Assembly (NCBI GenBank): GCA_963820645.1
Contig: CAWGAS010000002.1
Coordinates: 1,884 to 65,883, forward strand
DNA: 64,000 bases
Direction of reading: 5' to 3'
DNA from: an uncultured Acidobacteriota bacterium
GTDB lineage: Bacteria > Acidobacteriota > Vicinamibacteria > Vicinamibacterales > 2-12-FULL-66-21
Position 1 is the first letter of the stretch, and each line of letters begins with the position of its first letter. Of this stretch, positions 61,428 through 64,000 are shown one piece after another. A program made the position numbers and the translations under genes. The notes under the pieces were generated by a model. That model worked only from the letters and a program-made list of their open reading frames with translations. It was not told where the DNA came from and did no database searches.

Positions 61428-62795
61428 ATGACGATCCGAGCTGCAGCCCCGTCACGCCTGACGTTCGTCTGCTTCGCGTCCGCCGCGCTGTCGGTGCTGG
61501 CCACCTTCCAGGTGGCGGCGCAGAACTGGCCTCAATGGCGCGGTCCGTCGGGTGCCGGCGTTTCGTCCGAGTCGGGCCTCCCCACGAAGTGGAGCGCCGG
61601 CGAGAATGTCGCCTGGAAGAAACCGCTCGCCGGGCTCGGCACGTCCTCTCCGATCGTGTGGGGCGACACGGTGTTCGTCACATCGCAGATCGGCGAGACT
61701 CCCGTGGCGGCGGGCTCTCATCCGCAGCTGGCCCGTGACGACCGTTCGCTCGCGGAGCGCGAGAACCCTCTCGGCGGCCGGCGGCCGGGGCCTGGAGCTC
61801 CGGGAAGTAACGTCCAGCTCGTCGTGGAAGCGTTCACTCGTCTCAACGGCAACCGGCTGTGGGAATACCGCGTGCCGGCGACGGGCGCGTTTTCCGAGCA
61901 CCACGAAAAGCACAACCTCGCGACGCCGACGCCGGTCGCTGACGGCGAACGCGTCTACGCCTGGTTCGGCAACGGGCAGGTTGTCGCGCTCGACTTACAG
62001 GGCCGCGTCGTCTGGACCCGGCATCTCGGCACCGAGTACTCCCCGTTCAAGACCCTCTGGGGACACGGCAGCTCCCCCGCGCTCTACCGCGATCTCCTCG
62101 TGCTGCTGTGCGACCATCTCGGCTCCTCCTATCTGCTGGCGCTCGACAAGCGCACGGGGAAGGAGCGCTGGAAGGTGGACCGTGGTGCGGAGCGCGTCTC
62201 GCACAGCACGCCGCTCGTGGTCGCCGGTCCTCAGGGCGACGAGCTCCTCGTCAACTCCTCGGAACGCATCGACGTCTACGACCCGGCGACCGGGAAGCTC
62301 CTGTGGTACGCCGACAGTCCCCGGCAGACGCCGATTCCCTCGGCTGTCTTTCACGACGGCAGAATCTACATGAGCCGCGGATACCGGAACAGCGACTACA
62401 TGGCGATCCGCCCCGGCGGCCGCGGGGACGTCACCGGGAGCCACATCGAATGGCGATCGCCGGCCGGCGGATCGTATGTCTCGTCGATCGTGTACTACCA
62501 GGGGTTGCTCTACATGACGAACGAGGTCGGCGTGGTGACGTGCGCGGACGCGAAGACCGGCAAGCACCTGTGGCGTCACCGGCTCGGCGGCGTGTTCTTC
62601 GCGTCGCCGGTCGCCGGGGACGGGAAGATCTATCTGGTCAGCGAAACGGGTGAGACGTTCGTGCTGCGCGCCGGGCCCAAGCCGGAAGTGCTCGCGCAGA
62701 ATGACCTTGGGGAACGGTTTCTCGCCTCGCCGGCCATCGCGAACCAGCGGCTGTTCTTCAGAAGCGATCGGACCCTGTTCGCCGTGGGACGGTGA
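61428..62795 (+). CDS. Secreted PQQ-like beta-propeller repeat protein (BamB-like fold)
   Basis: Start MTIRAAAPSRLTFVCFASAALSVLATFQVAAQ (signal), then NWPQWRGPSGAGVS. Repeated blades: GERVYAWFGNGQVVALDLQGRVVW, LLALDKRTGKERW, IDVYDPATGKLLW, VVTCADAKTGKHLW, GKIYLVSETGETFVL. Confidence 0.8.
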   Translation: MTIRAAAPSRLTFVCFASAALSVLATFQVAAQNWPQWRGPSGAGVSSESGLPTKWSAGENVAWKKPLAGLGTSSPIVWGDTVFVTSQIGETPVAAGSHPQLARDDRSLAERENPLGGRRPGPGAPGSNVQLVVEAFTRLNGNRLWEYRVPATGAFSEHHEKHNLATPTPVADGERVYAWFGNGQVVALDLQGRVVWTRHLGTEYSPFKTLWGHGSSPALYRDLLVLLCDHLGSSYLLALDKRTGKERWKVDRGAERVSHSTPLVVAGPQGDELLVNSSERIDVYDPATGKLLWYADSPRQTPIPSAVFHDGRIYMSRGYRNSDYMAIRPGGRGDVTGSHIEWRSPAGGSYVSSIVYYQGLLYMTNEVGVVTCADAKTGKHLWRHRLGGVFFASPVAGDGKIYLVSETGETFVLRAGPKPEVLAQNDLGERFLASPAIANQRLFFRSDRTLFAVGR

Positions 62796-64000
62796 CTATC
62801 CTTCGAGCACGACGAGCAAGTCGCGCGCTTCGACGTTCGCGCCCGGTGCGACCAGCACGTCCGTCACGACCGTGTCGCGCGGGCTGTAGACGGCGGTCTC
62901 CATCTTCATCGCCTCGATCGAGAGCAGCCGCTCGCCGGCGCGGACGGCCTGGCCCTTTCTGGCGGCGACCGTGGAGACTTTCCCGGGCATCGGCGCGGCC
63001 ACGTGGTTCGGGTTCCCGGGTTCCGCCTTCGAGTTCCGCTTCACCACGGCCTCGACCGATTGATCGACGACGGTGACCTCGCGCGCCTGCCCGTTCAGCT
63101 CGAAGAAGACCGTCCGCGTGCCGTCGGCGTGCGCGGCGCCGGTCGTGAAGTAGCGGACGATCAAGGTCTTGCCGCGCTCGATCTCGATCGAGGCCTCCTC
63201 GCCGGCCTGCAGCCCGTAGAAGAAATTCACCGTCGGGATCACCGACGTGTTCTCGTACTGCTGCCAGTGGCTGGCGAACTCCGCATAGACCCGCGGATAC
63301 AGCAGAAACGACAGGACGTCCTCTTCGCGCGGCGCATCGCCGGTCCGGACCGGAAGGGTGCGCGCGGCAGCCTCGAAGTCGGCCGGCGGCAGCGCGGCGC
63401 CCGGCCGGCCTTCGATCGGCTGCGCGTGAGCGGAGCGCAGCACGGCATCCTGAAACGCGCGAGGCCACCCGCCTTCCGGCTGTCCCAGCATGCCCTGCAT
63501 CATCTCGACGACACTCTGCGGGAAATGCAGGGGCGTCTGCGCGCCGAGGATGTCGTCCGCCGTCAGGCCGTTGGTGACCATGAAGAGCGCCAGGTCGCCC
63601 ACGACCTTGCTCGAGGGCGTCACCTTGACGATGTCGCCGGCCAGATGATTGGCGGCGACGTAGGCATCGCACACCTCCTGCCACCGCCGCTCGAGCCCCA
63701 TGCTCTTGGCTTGCTGCTTGAAGTTCGTGTACTGGCCGCCGGGCATCTCGTGGTGATACACGTCGGACTCCGGCGCCTTGAGCCCCTCTTCGAACGGGTA
63801 GTACAGCTCCCGCACGGCCGCCCAGTACCGGCTGCTCTCGTCGAGCGCCCGCAGATCGAGGCCGGTGTCGCGATCCGTGTGGCGCAGCGCCTTGACGATG
63901 GAGTTGAGGCATGGCTGGCTGGTCATGCCGCTCATGGACGCGATGGCCGCGTCGGCGATGTCGACCCCGGCATCGGCCGCGCGCAGCACGCTCGCCGCGT
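62796..64000 (-). CDS. pyc: Pyruvate carboxylase, C-terminal carboxyltransferase/PYC_OADA + biotinyl domains (5' part beyond window end)
   Basis: YHHEMPGGQYTNFKQQAKSMGLERRWQEVCDAYVAANHLAGDIVKVTPSSKVVGDLALFMV. Biotin attachment site LLSIEAMKMETAV. The frame stays open to nt 64000. Confidence 0.85.
   Translation of the reverse strand, partial: AASVLRAADAGVDIADAAIASMSGMTSQPCLNSIVKALRHTDRDTGLDLRALDESSRYWAAVRELYYPFEEGLKAPESDVYHHEMPGGQYTNFKQQAKSMGLERRWQEVCDAYVAANHLAGDIVKVTPSSKVVGDLALFMVTNGLTADDILGAQTPLHFPQSVVEMMQGMLGQPEGGWPRAFQDAVLRSAHAQPIEGRPGAALPPADFEAAARTLPVRTGDAPREEDVLSFLLYPRVYAEFASHWQQYENTSVIPTVNFFYGLQAGEEASIEIERGKTLIVRYFTTGAAHADGTRTVFFELNGQAREVTVVDQSVEAVVKRNSKAEPGNPNHVAAPMPGKVSTVAARKGQAVRAGERLLSIEAMKMETAVYSPRDTVVTDVLVAPGANVEARDLLVVLEG

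Overview
This is a 64-kb high-GC bacterial chromosomal segment. The gene content suggests Acidobacteriota or a related soil phylum (inference only): an ADOP-type duplicated FtsX permease, a CarboxypepD_reg-type TonB-dependent receptor, a Ser/Thr kinase fused to a TolB-like beta-propeller, PVC-type heme-binding dehydrogenases and many Sec/Tat-secreted enzymes. I can support about 47 protein-coding genes. They include housekeeping genes (gcvT-gcvH-gcvP, secDF, lepB, ggt, pyc, UPF0182, an APC permease) and an amino-sugar uptake/catabolism locus (TBDR, short nagA-like, Tat-TIM-barrel, nagB-like). There are also signalling genes (a REC-GAF-PAS-HK-REC hybrid kinase, a LytS-type kinase, an NtrC-type AAA+ regulator, an STK) and secreted enzymes. 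I saw no rRNA, tRNA, CRISPR, transposase, integrase or recognisable defence genes. Two global features stand out. (1) About 20 conserved genes, including essential ones, are broken by at least ~45 frameshifts. These are very unevenly distributed (dense in 1-36 kb, none in 36.2-47.4 kb), which is most simply explained by patchy consensus indel errors. (2) The intergenic DNA carries several families of short structured repeats. These are GTCCGGC-TTCA-GCCGGAC hairpin arrays directly upstream of two TIM-barrel genes, heptad AGGAG/CCTCC-type inverted arrays abutting stop codons, (CCAGCTT)n arrays bracketing a small secreted ORF, and long palindromes. I did not find a convincing multi-gene novel system. 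The best follow-up candidates are the repeat families, a 200-nt inverted-repeat-bounded element between doxX and a rhodanese gene, and a collagen-like/zinc-ribbon mini-operon. Two more are a LepB homologue with Ala at the nucleophile position, and an NtrC-type regulator with a degenerate GAFTGA loop next to two secreted alpha/alpha-toroid proteins.
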